Assembly: GCF_021869535.1 (NCBI RefSeq)
Contig: NW_026262729.1
Coordinates: 62,001-126,000, forward strand
Source of the DNA: Mytilus californianus
Taxonomy: Eukaryota
Direction: 5' to 3'
Length of the DNA stretch: 64,000 bases
Part shown: piece by piece, positions 47,501 to 60,042 of the stretch
Numbering within the stretch: the first letter of the stretch is position 1
Layout: each line of letters starts with the position of its first letter
Translations under genes and position numbers: made by a program
The notes under the pieces: model-generated
The model's input: the letters and a program-made list of their open reading frames with translations, nothing else
The model's database searches: none
What the model was told of the DNA's origin: nothing

Positions 47501-50500
47501 AGACTTGCATTGTGAAAGTTGTACACAAATATAATTAATTTAATCTTATTTGTTTGTCGACTTAAACATACTGGGTTAACTTCATTGTGTGATTTTAGAA
47601 GGCAGAGTTGTATCTTTTGCATAAAGTTACCGATTCGTCATTGACAGATAGCTTTCGTACTCGTTTAGTTTTTCAGTTAGAACAAAAAGAGGGAGGGGCG
47701 CAAAGGGGCAATCAAAAACAATGTCGTAAAAAGCAGGGCCAAAATGAAAAACATTGCATAAAAATCTAGATTGTGCAACACAAAACAGGTGCTCCGGAAG
47801 GGAAGCAGTTCCTGTTCCACTCGTGGAAACCGTTGTGTTACTCGTGGAAACAAATAAAAATTGGATGGTAAGTTGCATTCGGTGATTTCACAATTTAGTA
47901 AAGGAGGATGTGAACAAGACTACATATGTTGTTCTTTGGCCATACACATATTAAACGCCGTTTATTTCACTTAACATTATAAAACATACCAAACAAATGT
48001 ACATACCTTACTGTGTACAGTATAGTCGCCACCAACCATAACAAGTCTACGTACACAGTCATAGTGACCATATTTACTAGTTATGTATATTGGTGTTTCA
48101 TCATTCTATGAAAAATATACACTAGAAATATAGATTCTCCGTTTCAGAAATATAATGCATTATGTGTTATATTTTTGGTGTACTCTGCGATCACATTTTG
48201 TATTTTTTTTAACAATGTGTTTAAATTGAACATTGGATCGTTATATCATTGATGCGTCAAACAAATAAGGATCATATCAGTATTTTTATAAAATGTAATT
48301 AGTTAAATTTCAATAATTGAATACGTTTGATTCGAAATAGAAGTATGATAGCATCATATTTTAAATAAGAAAATAAGATGTTAAGTTTGTAAAAAATCAA
48401 ATTTCACGTTGAAGTAATGATTGAACAAGAAGTTAAATATTATTTTCATTAAAAAAAAAGTTTTAAAAAGTTGTCCACCGTTTCTAAGAAAGGATTACTC
48501 ACTTTATTTCTGTGATTTACGTCTGCTCCAAGTTCTATCAAACGACACATGATATCAAAGCAACCTTTGTAGGAAGCATGAATTAATGCTGTCTCGCCAT
48601 CCTGTAACATCAAGGTATTGTAAAACATTATCGTGGTTTTGTCAATACAATTGTTAGATGACTACCGTTGTACAGTATCAAATGACCATTCCTTTTTTCA
48701 ATATATTTATTTATGTTACATTTGGAAAACACAGATTTCAGAAATTCTGTAAATTAACTAAAATGTAGTATTTAACTGTCTATACAAATTCAATATTCAA
48801 TTCTGTTCTGTCTGTTTCAGTTGTGGTAGCATGCTAATGGATTTGACCAAACTTCTAACTATATATTCATGATATACCAGATAGAAAATTTAAAACTTAC
48901 TTTGTAGTGGTGGGATTCAATCGTATGATCCAATACTGTGTATTATCACAATACAAATCAAGATTCATTTATTTATCTCTAATTTTAATTAAAACTTTTA
49001 TTAATTCGAATACGTGTATAATTTTCACTGATATATAAGAAATAATGACAAAATAGTGGTGATATTTTTAACAACTGCATTTTATACTAAATGCTAATGA
49101 ATTCAGTAACATTAATGATAATTGACTAAATTCCTTTTAAATATAAAGACGGAATGTGAAGAACACGTAAGAATTAAACTTTTATAGTTTTACATCCTTG
49201 TTTTCATTCTCCGTTGCAAAGACTTGCAATTCTCCAGTTTTCAAGAATGCAGTGCATTTCTTAATGAAGTATATAATTAATTCAAAATCGTCAGTAGATT
49301 GTTCTATGTTAAACCAAATAAGATGGAAAATTAAAATATTTGAGTTTCTTTTTGTTCAGTGCCTTCTGGATGGACGAACATCTAACTGTACGTGTTATAC
49401 ATTTGGGTTCTGCCAATTTTTTAAGGACGTACGGTGAAGTACATGTATAGTTGCTTCAATCCACGTCATCTGAATTCCGGGGGATAGGTGTCTCATTGGC
49501 AATTATATCATATCTCTTTATTTTATGATATAGGTCTTTATATAGACTTACAACATCAGCTCTATCTACAGAAGCACCTTGACAAACCAAACTTTCAAAA
49601 GAATCCAAGTTACCATACTGTGTGGCTTTTATTAGACTTGTTCTTCTGTACTGTGTTAGAGAAAATGTTTATATTTATCATATAATTCGATAAAAATGGC
49701 CAATCGATAAATCCAGGTGCACCTTTATCTGTTGTAATCGTTACAATTCCTATCAAAAATACACTTATGAACGTACAATGAAAGAAATAAAACATGGAAA
49801 CTGTAATGAAATGCAGTTTATGTGTGAACCTCATTCTTTCCAAAACGGAATATGCCTATATTAAAACATTATTTATTTTTGGCTTGTCCCAAAATAATAG
49901 CTTGTAAGTCGTCTGAACAAATTATTGCATCTTTTCAAGATGAGTAGATTAAGCAATGAAAATAAATCTTATTCTACATTAAAAATAACCGTCTATCAAT
50001 GATGTTATTCATTTATGATTGATTCTGCATTTGGATAAAGGGACAGTCATAAAATGATGTTCTTACTAGGTCAGACTTGTCAACTGTGGCTCCTTCCTTC
50101 AAATAAAACTTCAGCTTCTCAGTATCGTTTTTGTCAGCAGCCCATAGCAGACACTGTGAAAAACACAAATATATACATTGTATTGCTTGTTGTTGTGTAA
50201 GGAGTAAATTAGAAGTTTGTATAGTTATTTGGCATTTTGGCATACAATTGATACATGGCAAAGAGAATATTTGTGTGGAATTGAAATTGCGATGGTCAAA
50301 ATCTTATTGTTGTTGATCATTGTTGTCTTAAATCCATTTTAATGTTCAAGATAATATACAATAATGTAATAATTGGTTGAAATTTTGGTTTTAGTGGAAT
50401 AATGCTCGGAAGTAGTCGTTTGACGACTTTTCAATCATATGTGCAGATAACGTATAAGTGATCATTTTAGCTGTTCAAAGATTTTGTTTATCTATTATAA

Positions 50501-53500
50501 TTTATAATCAAATGTACTAGATCTAGATGAAAACAATTATCATTTAAGGGCTGTAACGCTTATCAGGTATCGACTGACGATTTCCGTCAATTTGACTTAT
50601 TTGTAGATTTTAACTTGCTAATCCTTTTCTCTCTTTTTTCTAAAGTGCTTTTCAAAAATAGACTTTGCGCTATCTTAAGCCATGGTGGCCATTTTGGTTT
50701 GCAGGCGGGATCATTGTAATTTTTTTTAAACTTAATACCTTAAGGTTGATTGTGATTGATTTTTTTTTTCGCGATTGGCATAGAAGTTTAGAAAATACGA
50801 ACAGAATTGAAGATTTAAATAAATGTTAACGGACGACGAACGATTACAGACGCCAAATGATGACAATAGCTCTTTGGGATTGTTTGGTTTTTTGCATAAA
50901 CGACTGGTACAATCATTTTGTCATGCATCTACACAAAACTTATAAGACTGGTATCTTTAATGAGTTTTACACGTGCCTTATTGCCGGCTATTGGTATTGC
51001 AGATGCAATCGATAACACAGATCCGACAAATAGTTTTCAGTAGTTGTAGAAGGTTACTTCTGTTCGCATTTTCAACTGTTTATAACACCTCTACGTTATG
51101 TTTGTGTTGTTGTTCAACGGTATGGTAATGCTATATGTCAAATGTCTTTCAAATATTAGCTTTGACTTTATCGACTAACATTAATGTATGAGGTTGTGCA
51201 ACCACTCGTTTTCAATAAAACTTTGTCAATGATGATATAACTCTTAGAAACTACTGTTTGATCGTCACATTTAAAGTTCGTAGAATCTATATAATTTTCA
51301 AACTGAAGATTTACCAATTTATAAAACCAAATAGACTGCAGATATATATTGTCTATCGTAACTATATTAGTCCCAAAAAGAAGAAATACATTAAATAAAA
51401 CCAATAAATGAAAAAAATATTTAGAATATAAAACAGCATTTCTTAGGTCTCGTGTTTTCTACTAATAAAGTTGAACTCTTCTATATTCTGGTCTTCGTTA
51501 CCCTTTACTCAATTTTGAAATGATATTTTAAAGAAGGATATTAATAAGATAATATTAAATTTTTTGTAAACTTCTGTTAGTTCAGAATACTCATACTCGT
51601 TATTCATAGGAAATTTATAAATTAAGTAAAAAAACAAAATAGGGAATAATATCAATAAAGGCAACAGTAGTACATCGCTGTTCAGTAGTCATAATTCGAT
51701 TAAGCAAAAACATATCCGGGTAACAAATTAAAACAAAGGGAAACTCATCAACTATAAGAAGATAACAACGGAAGAACAGAAACATTGAACTACAACAAAA
51801 GCAAACGCCAACATACATAGAAACGGACTGTAGATAACAACTGCCATATTCCTGACTAGGTACATGACTTTGAATTATAAAGTATGTTTACAATATGAAA
51901 ATAAGATCGTATGATTGCCAATGAGACAACTAGCCACCAAAGTTCAAATGAAGTGGATGTTACAAGTATGGTTCTCGATTGCCTTTTTCCCCAAAATCTA
52001 CCGTAAGTGTTTGCCTAGTCTGCTGAATACGATCATTAATCCATGTTGACCGACCAAATTCAGTTGTGTATACAATAGTTAGAAGTAATCAAATAACAGA
52101 AATGAGATCGTACAGGGCCTAGTGGCTTTTTTATGAAACCACAATGTGACGATCCAATACTAGTAGTAGTTTTTAAGAAACATAACTGACTATACGATAT
52201 GGGATTTTCTCATTTTAAATGCCATATACTGTGGCCCTTTGTTGGTTAAATCTGCGTCATTTCGTGGATAGTTATTTCATTGGCAATCAAACTTAATCCC
52301 CTAATTTTTATACCATTGACCAGTAAACGTTCAAATTGATTCATTCATTATTTTGACAATATGTGAAATCATAGCTCCAAATTTGAAATAAAGTCAATTA
52401 AATATGCAGAACGTCAGAAAATGTGAATACGACTACCTTCAAGTTCTACAGAAAAACATTCGTCAGATCTGTTTTACCGATGGCAGTACCGAAAGTCGGT
52501 AATACGGTGTGCATTTTATTTTTAAAAAATACGTCAATTTATACTCATTGACGTCATCAGAACCAAAACGATTTTTTCTGAATTTTTGACACTTAAAAAA
52601 TACGCTGAATACTAATAGCTGTCACATAGCCAGATAGTCATACACCCCATGTGAATTTGTTATATAATCACCCATGTGAATTTGTTATATAATAAATGTC
52701 GTACAGCCTGTATACATGTATGTTATTGTTAAACATTAAATCTTATTTGACATCAGCTGATCTAAAATTGTTTAACTTGATATCTTGGCTAATGTCCAAA
52801 CCACCCACATGGTAAAAACTGTCATGTTAGATTTGTATCTTTAGAAAACGTCGAAGATGGCAAACAGCTATTAGGTCTGGGTTCATAAACTAAAAAAAAA
52901 TCAATAGGATCAGTAGAATTAGTAGATGAAAATAAACACTTTATACATTTTGTGCCTCCGAAGCGCTTTTCTGGATTTACCTTCATTAGAAACCCAAACA
53001 TTTGAAAAAAAGGGTGTATAAATACATGAACACTCACGCAATATGACCAAATGGGACCTAAAAGAGTCTGCCGTAAATATTTGTAAGCCTGGTATCTTTG
53101 ATGAGTTATTTTTTTTAACTATTAGGTAGCAATACACATTTAGGAAAAAAAACTTAAAATTGACACTCATAATTTTTAACCACGCGCTTTCCCTTCCTTT
53201 CTACCAAATAAGGCTTAATATTTGTGTTATGCATGTATATATTTATGGAAAGAGCATCTTCTATAGATTTGATTTCCAATAGTTATAATGGTGAAATATA
53301 ATCTCTTTTTGGTGTAACCATGGCAACAATCTGCATTTATTTGATACAAAATGTTGCAAAAAGGGGGGTGAAAATGTCACAAAAGTCTCCAAAATTTGGT
53401 TCAAAGGAGAATTTCAATCCATTAGAGTGATACATTTGTACCTTTCCTGAAACCATAGACATTTATCTATCAAGAGGTAAAAAAAAAATCATATGCATTT

Positions 53501-55254
53501 CTGCTCGTTTTTCCATAAAATTGAATTGAAAAGATCGAGGGTCAAATCTGTGATGAAAAACATGCACTACAATAATTTCTGGACCTATGAGCTGTACGGA
53601 TGTGAAAATACGGACTGTCAAACAGAAAAATGGCTTATAAAACATGCAAAAAACAATCTAGATGTTCATATAAACCCACTTGGAAGGCTATATTATTCTT
53701 CAACTATCTAAAAATCAATTTTATTGTACAAAAACTTTCATATTTAAAAAATTCACCATGGCCAAAATGAGAAACTAAACTTCTAACTGTGTATTGCTAC
53801 CTTACTCAAGAATTCAAAATCTCTGAAAGACCTTTTAAACATCCTTATTTGCGATTGGATAGGCAATAGTAACGAAAATGGTAAATAATACCTCTAATGC
53901 TATTGCATGAATACTACAGCAAGTCAGCTGTGTAAGTAGCACATTGAAGAAGAAATTATACAAGCAAACGATCTTCATTTTGTCTTCGACTCTAATGAAT
54001 TATTAAATAGACAGAACAATATCATTTGTCACAGGATAAAGGATGTGATACGGATTTATTACTTGCAAAAAAGGCAAAAAAAATCAATGAATTCAAGGGT
54101 TGCGATAAAATATTGTTCTGGTCGTACGAAGATTAAAGGCAGGTTTAAGCAAAGGAAATAGCAAACTACATTATTGCAGAACCGCATTTAAAGAATGCGT
54201 GATTCTTCCGTTCTATCTAATGAGAATTGGAAGTTGTGCTATCTACCCTTGAAACTTTTCGTTTTATTTTTTTCATTTTTTTTACTGAATCTTTTTTATT
54301 CTAATTATAACAGAGCTCAATTTTAAATGGGGAAGACTTCCTATTGTCGAACTTAATCAAAACTGTCAATTGACCATCTGATCAAATTGAAAGTTACACT
54401 GCCTTTTGGCACCATATACGATTTGCTAAACTTTATAGTCTTCATGTATCAGTTGGATACATATATATATAGTTTCAACCACTGCAAAATGTGTGATACG
54501 ATATTTCTCCTCTCAAGACATTTCAATTTCCATATTCAAAGCATGAGGCTTGCCAAGCAATTTAACTGTCACAAGTGGACATAAATCGTATTGCAAGAGA
54601 TTTGGTGGTAGAATCTGTTTTTCGAATTATTTTAGAGAATATGCAGATATGTAGACAAACATTATCTTTCTTTTTACCTTCAAAAGATGTGTTCTTTCTA
54701 TGTGACGTCATTATGCATGGTTGATTTTTTTGTAACGTCACAATAAGAAAATTCAGAGGAAGGCAAGAAAATTTGATGTCATAATTGATTTTTGACCAGT
54801 GAACCACACACTGATTATAAGAAAAATTATCATTTAATCGGAAAACGTTGAAATCGACTGAGAATTAGAGAAAATATTTTACCAAGTGATCAGTTCAGTA
54901 AAATGATATAACCTGAATCTTTTTTATCGATCCTACTTAAAAGGTATGATACTTCATGAGGTTAAGTCACAGTTACTTTTTAGTGAGAGTGTCATGAAGT
55001 CAGCTTGACAAAATATAAGTGTTAAATACATACATCAACAAAGTAAGAAAATCAAGATAAATTCAACAAAAATATCTTTATCATTACAAAGAAACTACAG
55101 ACCAAATCTAATTTTGATTTTTTACCATTTCATAGTAATTGATGTACTGTGTATTCAACCTTACAAAATTCTATGTACTTTTCAAAAACAAATATAATAT
55201 TCAGTTTACACCAACCTCATTAAGTTGCTTCTGTTTTCTTGCCGCAGTGGACAT
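29222..55254 (-). CDS. Roco-like protein ANK-ROC(degenerate)-COR-Death-Death, 13 (or 14) coding exons, about 1114 (1120) aa
   Basis: Exons: 55216-55254, 50067-50153, 48503-48601, 45338-45463, 45036-45051, [44072-44089 optional], 42230-42475, 40806-41552, 39134-39243, 37155-38375, 36242-36308, 35146-35402, 33756-33789, 29222-29517. All are GT-AG, phases are consistent throughout, and the total is 3345 nt without internal stops. Motifs: ankyrin GETALIHAS..G..LIELGADVN; ROC-like FEFAAAHKFLFTSSAIYIVVLDL; COR-like PVPATWLSLQ and DVEKFLKYQTRNGNIL; two death-fold-like exons. Confidence 0.8.
30119..30198 (-). mobile_element. 5'-truncated copy of the tRNA-SINE at 10347, with 13-bp TSD
   Basis: (GATT)n plus TTTAACGCCACTTTCA..CTATTTC.TGGCGGTCAGTTTTTATTG as at 10350-10430. 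ATATAGCATTGAT flanks it at 30106-30118 and 30199-30211. Confidence 0.8.
33756..33789 (-). CDS. Roco-like short linker exon
   Basis: TCTTTCAG| followed by IHRDTNSDHGI, then T|GTAAGT. Phase 0 to 1. Confidence 0.72.
34700..35190 (-). repeat. Tandem array spanning the donor of Roco death-domain exon 1 (3 young 59-60-bp units plus older degenerate units)
   Basis: AAAAAACTGATCAATTGTG(G/A)TG.ACAAAAACACATTCTGTG...G|GTAAG gives donors at 35145, 35086 and 35026. Degenerate CAAG|GTAG and AATTGATC copies continue to about 34700. Confidence 0.85.
35146..35402 (-). CDS. Roco-like death-domain exon 1
   Basis: CGCCGTAG| ...TDSDLSRMIRRM...LLLTLIGWRNTAKQLTMKDLQKKL..., then CATG|GTAAGT. Confidence 0.78.
36242..36308 (-). 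CDS. Roco-like linker exon
   Basis: AATACAG| followed by FMLYIQQTCSMIDVDKCNTSCE, then G|GTATGT. Phase 0 to 1. Confidence 0.7.
37155..38375 (-). CDS. Roco-like COR-domain exon
   Basis: TATTTAG| EATKDGSG continues into the 404-aa ORF and ends CAG|GTACTA. Contains PVPATWLSLQD and FLKYQTRNGNILSL. Confidence 0.85.
39134..39243 (-). CDS. Roco-like exon, ROC G4-equivalent region
   Basis: AATTACAG| followed by DYIKYLMDTITG...KMVFVVLNCGSNEE, then |GTATAG. Confidence 0.75.
39364..40078 (+). repeat. Head-to-tail dimer (about 350-bp period) of an interspersed repeat in a Roco intron
   Basis: AAAATGAAAACAACA occurs at about 39364, 39714 and 40064, and GGATTTACCTTCATCAGGAACGCTCA occurs twice. A related partial copy is at about 52930. 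Confidence 0.85.
40806..41552 (-). CDS. Roco-like exon, Ser-rich insert and degenerate ROC G3 region
   Basis: GTTTCAG| ... ISLCSLSTKFEFAAAHKFLFTSSAIYIVVLDL ... AGAG|GTGAGT. Matches ORF 40777-41529. Confidence 0.85.
42230..42475 (-). CDS. Roco-like exon, start of ROC (degenerate G1 and G2)
   Basis: TCTACAG| ... EEFRICLEKSEYRPSDVSVRVIGLNDRSAMVVMRALI...ENGINIY..CEMNIESGEW, then |GTATTT. Confidence 0.78.
44072..44089 (-). CDS. Roco-like candidate symmetric 18-nt microexon (ATKQVN)
   Basis: CATATTCAG|CTACAAAACAAGTAAATG|GTATGT, open in phase 1-1. Optional for frame. Confidence 0.4.
45036..45051 (-). CDS. Roco-like 16-nt microexon (ALRKQ), required for reading frame
   Basis: TTTTTTTTATCATACAG|GCCCTACGGAAGCAAG|GTTTGT supplies the phase 0-to-1 change the model needs. 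Confidence 0.65.
45338..45463 (-). CDS. Roco-like ankyrin-cap exon
   Basis: AATACAG| followed by FKKTALDVAIESLC...LLSDADGIK, then |GTAACA. Confidence 0.8.
45813..47623 (+). repeat. Direct segmental duplication of about 760-790 bp (45813-46570 and 46834-47623) in a Roco intron
   Basis: Near-identical spurious ORFs 45948-46184 and 46975-47226. Shared ends CTGTGACACTA and GAGTTGTATCTTTT(T)GCATAA. Confidence 0.9.
48503..48601 (-). CDS. Roco-like ankyrin exon (99 nt, one repeat)
   Basis: GTTACAG| followed by DGETALIHASYKGCFDIMCRLIELGADVNHRNK, then |GTGAGT. Confidence 0.88.
50067..50153 (-). CDS. Roco-like ankyrin exon
   Basis: TTCACAG| followed by CLLWAADKNDTEKLKFYLKEGATVDKSDL, then |GTAAGA. 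Confidence 0.8.
55216..55254 (-). CDS. Roco-like candidate first coding exon (MSTAARKQKQLNE)
   Basis: Acceptor TTTTTAAAG| at 55272, ATG at 55254, donor GAG|GTTGGT. It joins to give KQLNECLLWAA, an ankyrin-type start. Confidence 0.6.
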
Positions 55255-58031
55255 TTCTTCATTCCTTGATCCTTTAAAAATTTTGTCATAAAAATGTACT
55301 GATTTCAATCCATCTATATACCTTGGAGTTCAATATTCAAATGCAGGTCAGATATGCTTCTTCTATAGTTAGGACATTTAATAAGATGTCGCAGTTAAGA
55401 TAGGTACTTCTCACATGGACTTTATCAATTCTAAATGATCAATTTAATACACATTTAACTATGGAAAACATTTAAACAGATTACATTATTTACAACACAG
55501 ATTGTTTGATAACATTAATTAGATGTTCATTTAAAAAAAGCTCAGTTTTTTAAACTTGATAACACTTATGACAATATTTAAAATCCAAATTATAATAGAT
55601 GTGATCAGGTCATCATGTCTTGCTTAATTATCTGTGAAGTACGAGTCTATGGTTATCCTGACATTGTACTCTGCCAAAATCATGTAAAAATGACCTATTT
55701 ATAAAATCACTTTAAAATTACATTTGAATAAATAAAGTACTACTGTTTCAGCAAGACAAGAATATCAGCCAGGCATCCGGTGATTAAGTTAAAGTATTCA
55801 CTTTCAATAAAATTATAAAGATATACATGTATTCAATAAAATTTCATCTAGATTAACTCACTCAACAGACTTTTAAAAATAACAAAAATACCGAGCTTCA
55901 AGTAAATCCAAAAAGGAAAGTTCCTTATCAAATGGCAAAATCAAAAGCTCAAACACATCAAACGAATAAAAAACAACTGTCATAATATTCCTGACTTGGT
56001 ACAGGCATTTCTTTATGTAGAAAATGGTGGATTAAACCTGGTTTTATAGCCAGCTAACTCTCCCACTTGGATGACAGTTTTTTAAAGTTCAGTTATATGG
56101 GAACTTTGAAAAAACCGAAAATCAGTACTAATGTCAAAGACAAATAGAATATACAATTTGTACATTATATTCAACAATTACAGGGGCGAGTAAAACGAAA
56201 ACCGAACTTCAAGGCAAATTTAAAAAGGAGAAGTCTATAAAAACTGACAAAATCAAACGCTATGAAACAAGTGAAAAACAACTGCCATATTCCTAATTTG
56301 GTACAAGCATTTTCCGAAGAAAATTATGGTTAAACCTGTTTTATAGCTAGCTAAAACTCTCACTTGTATGACAGTCGCATAGAATTCCATTATATTAACA
56401 ACAATGTGTGAGCAAAACAAAAAACATTCTAGGTAAAAATGTCAAAAATTGGGGTACAGCAAATGTATATATATGGTCAAAGTACTGAATGATGAAACTC
56501 TAAATAAGGACACTAATGTTGGCATGTTTCCTATCTTCTTTTTTAACCTTTTGTTTCGTCTTATACATCTTAACCCAGTTCCTTCTTAAAAAAATGTTTC
56601 ATCAAACACCATGTACTATGATCCCTATCCCGTTCATCTTCACTGTCAGATAATTGTTTTCCCTTCTTTGTGATGTGCATGTGTTTAACTTTTACCTTAT
56701 TGCAATTCATGTCTAAAATAATATTTTTATATTAGCTATGATTTGTGATGTATATCATTTCCTAGTATTGATGTAGACATCTTTACTATAATTTCAACAT
56801 TTCACGATTTCACTACGATTTCATTTCTGTGTAATTATTGTGATTATAAACGGGAATGTTTTCAAACAATGCATATACATTAACTTTGAACATTTTGTTT
56901 ATTTTCCATCTGAGTTTCAAGCAAATCTTGTTGATATTGATAGATACACAAGCGGATAGTTAGGCTGATTTCTATTTATGTCTTAAAGATAAACCTGGTC
57001 TTAAGTTGAATCAAAAATACTAGAATAAAGTTGTTATAGGATTGACCAAAATGAACATTTTTTTTCAAATATGATAGTTATGCTCAACTGAAATTGAAGC
57101 ACATGGAATCAGCATGTATGATATGTTATTTTGTAGAGGCGGAAGGACCTGTTACGGGACGTTGGGGTTGGGACTTTATTTTTGCGAAAATTCAAGCTTT
57201 ACACTTATCAGGACTTATCTGGATTCAAGAGAGAATACTGTATTTTTTCAGGAATTCAGTTTTAAGCATTTATTTTCCGAGATGACACTCGCTCCTACAT
57301 CCCCCCTTTCCTCCCTCATACTAGTATAATAATGTTTGAAGTAAGTACCAATAACACCCCACATTATACCTCCTCTGAATTAAAACTGACAAGATAATGA
57401 TTTTGGCATATATAATTAGTTATCATAAATATGGAAATACATTGCATACTGCAAAATTAAAAGACATCAAAGTTTGAAAAAAAAATTTCCCAAGCTATTT
57501 TGCAATTAAAATCAACTTGAAAAAATACCTCCTCGAAAGGCTCTTGTAATTTTTAACAATCAGAATAGTAAGGGACAAGAAAACCAAGAAAAAAACCAAG
57601 ACACAAAAAAATCGCTGTGGTCATCCACTTTAACATAGGCAATTTTTCAAATATAGCATTTCAACTTGGAATGGCAAAGCACATAATACACACATGTTTT
57701 ATCTTAAACCTAGATTTGTTGTTGTTAACTATAAACTAAATCTACTTATCATTTACAAAACACAATGTACAAGCATATAGTTTCATAAAACACATCAACA
57801 TGGTCAAACTCAGCTAAATTTTTTATAATTCAACCGAACATAAAACCCATCTCTTTTTCTTGTTCCTACAAGTAAGAAACTTTTAGTAGAATAGAAAAAC
57901 AAAGGATAATTTTATGTGGTATCCATTCATGACACAAAATCAGTACATGCACAGCAAAAAACACACAAAAAGCAAAGGAACAGCGCTTTTATTAGTAGGA
58001 CCATTTCTGTATTGATGTACATTTAGTTGCT

Positions 58032-58610
58032 TTAATAGTATTTTCTTTGACGAAGTAAAGTGTTAACTGCATTTTGGAAGTATTCATGTGAAGCAGCAAT
58101 TTCTGGATATTCAATTGCAACGCATTTCTTGATAACACCCTTAACTTTTGGACAGAGTTCCTTTTTTATTTTATTACCTTTTCTACCTTCATTCCACTTG
58201 TATTCAAATCTAATATTGCCTTTAAATAGTTTAGGTTTCATTAAACATATCAATTTTAAGGCTAACTAGCCAGTTGTTCATGTTTGCTGTTGAATTTCCA
58301 GTAGTTCTGCTGTAGAAACCATGCTTTCATCTGGTGAAATGAATTCTGCAGATAATAAGGCAGAATTGGGAGCTATATTTGCATTTACTTCATATTTGCG
58401 ATAAGATGACTTGAATTACGTGAACGTGGTTTAGTTGGTTGTGAAAATGACATATCTGAAGCTTGTAATTAACTGTTAACATTTTGTCTTGATGTACTCC
58501 CATTGGAAGCATACGTAGCTACAAAAGAATTTGAAGAATTTGTCGAAGATTTATCTTCTTCAGCGTTAACTGTCTTAATTTTTGTAGGTTTGGTAACAAT
58601 AATAACATCA
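58032..58610 (-). pseudogene. Probable BEN-domain protein pseudo-exon
   Basis: Acceptor GATTACAG| at 58611 is followed by a Ser/Thr/Asn-rich frame with in-frame TAA, a frameshift, TGA and TAG. It ends LALKLICLMKPKLF...NEGRKGNKIKKELCPKVKGVIKKCVAIEYPE...FQNAVNTLLRQ, which resembles the BEN consensus by eye. Confidence 0.5.
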
Positions 58611-58723
58611 CTGTAATCTACATTTAGTTACATTTTCTGTCTTTAATTTCTAAATTTAAGTATCTACCCCTTTCTCGTGTTTCTATATTCAGGTTATGAT
58701 CACCAAGTCTAAATTTGGCAAAT

Positions 58724-58986
58724 AACTGTCTTTGCTCCTCTGAGCCGATAGTTAAATAAGGTTCTACAACTGTCTTTGCTCCTCTGAGCCGATAGTTAAA
58801 TAAGGTTCTACAACTGTCTTTGCTCCTCTGAGCCGATAGTTAAATAAGGTTCTACAACTGTCTTTGCTCCTCTGAGCCGATAGTTAAATAAGGTTCTACA
58901 ACTGTCTTTGCTCCTCTGAGCCGATAGTTAAATAAGGTTCTACAACTGTCTTTGCTCCTCTGAGCCGATAGTTAAATAAGGTTCTA
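58724..58986 (+). repeat. Perfect 44-bp minisatellite x6
   Basis: AACTGTCTTTGCTCCTCTGAGCCGATAGTTAAATAAGGTTCTAC is repeated with no visible differences. Confidence 0.97.
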
Positions 58987-59276
58987 ATTCATATGAATAT
59001 TTAAATTTTCTGTATGTTCTTAATTGTTTCCAGCTGAGTAGATTTATACTGGTGCTTTTTAGGAAATTATTTATGGTGTTCGCATGTGCTCTGTTTTAGT
59101 GTTTACTTAGTAAAACTAAAATATTGTGTCCTAACTTGTATATACATGTATCCATGAAGGACGTAATTTCGTTTCAAAATCGAATAGAGCACGTCCAAGC
59201 CAAAAATGTGTTTTTTTTTTTTTATTTCTTATATATATATATCAACGGGACATAATATCTTTTCCAATCTTCAATA

Positions 59277-59392
59277 TATAAAATTGAGAATGGAAATGGG
59301 GAATATTTCAAAGAGACAACAACCCGACCAAAGAGCAGAAAACAGCTGAAGGCCACCAATGGGTCTTCAACACAGCGAGAAAATCCCGCACT
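59277..59392 (+). repeat. Interspersed repeat, family D (ATAAAATTGAGAATGGAAATGGGG motif)
   Basis: Second copy at about 60938-61100. Confidence 0.75.
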
Positions 59393-60042
59393 CGCAATGA
59401 ATTCATGTGGTGTAACTGAAGTTTTAATCTCATTGTTTCCTTATCCAATTATCAATGTAGCAATATTATAATTATACTCGTAAAAAGCAAAAGTAATCAG
59501 CAAAACCAGCTCATTAAATAAGTAAGAGTGACCAAAATGATAAGTGTCGTTACTGGAGTTGTTGTCCTAAACAAATGACGATTTTTTTTAACAAACTTTG
59601 ATCTTACGATCTACAAATAGATCAATAGGAATCAATTCCATAGCATTTTTTTTTTCATTTCAGGCAAAAATGACTAGCAAAACAGATTTTCCCCCACACA
59701 GATACATTTCAACAAACGTATTCTCAGATGGGCGACACAAGCTTATTGGAGCCTCTTGTACAATATTTGTTTCCTCTTTTTTGGATTTGTTTTGTTAATC
59801 ACATTGTTTAAATGCTATAATCCAAGTATTTGCAACAACAATTTCAGGCTGGTATCCAGTTGAAATTAAACAGAAGAAATTATAATATTTTATTTCCAAA
59901 AGAAATACAGCTTATAGGCATATAACAAAATATACATCAAATGTCAATACACACATACATATATATATATACAGCAATAAATAGCGAATATTATCGATAT
60001 ACAATTGTTTTAATAAAAGTAGCGGAGCATGACACACAAAAT

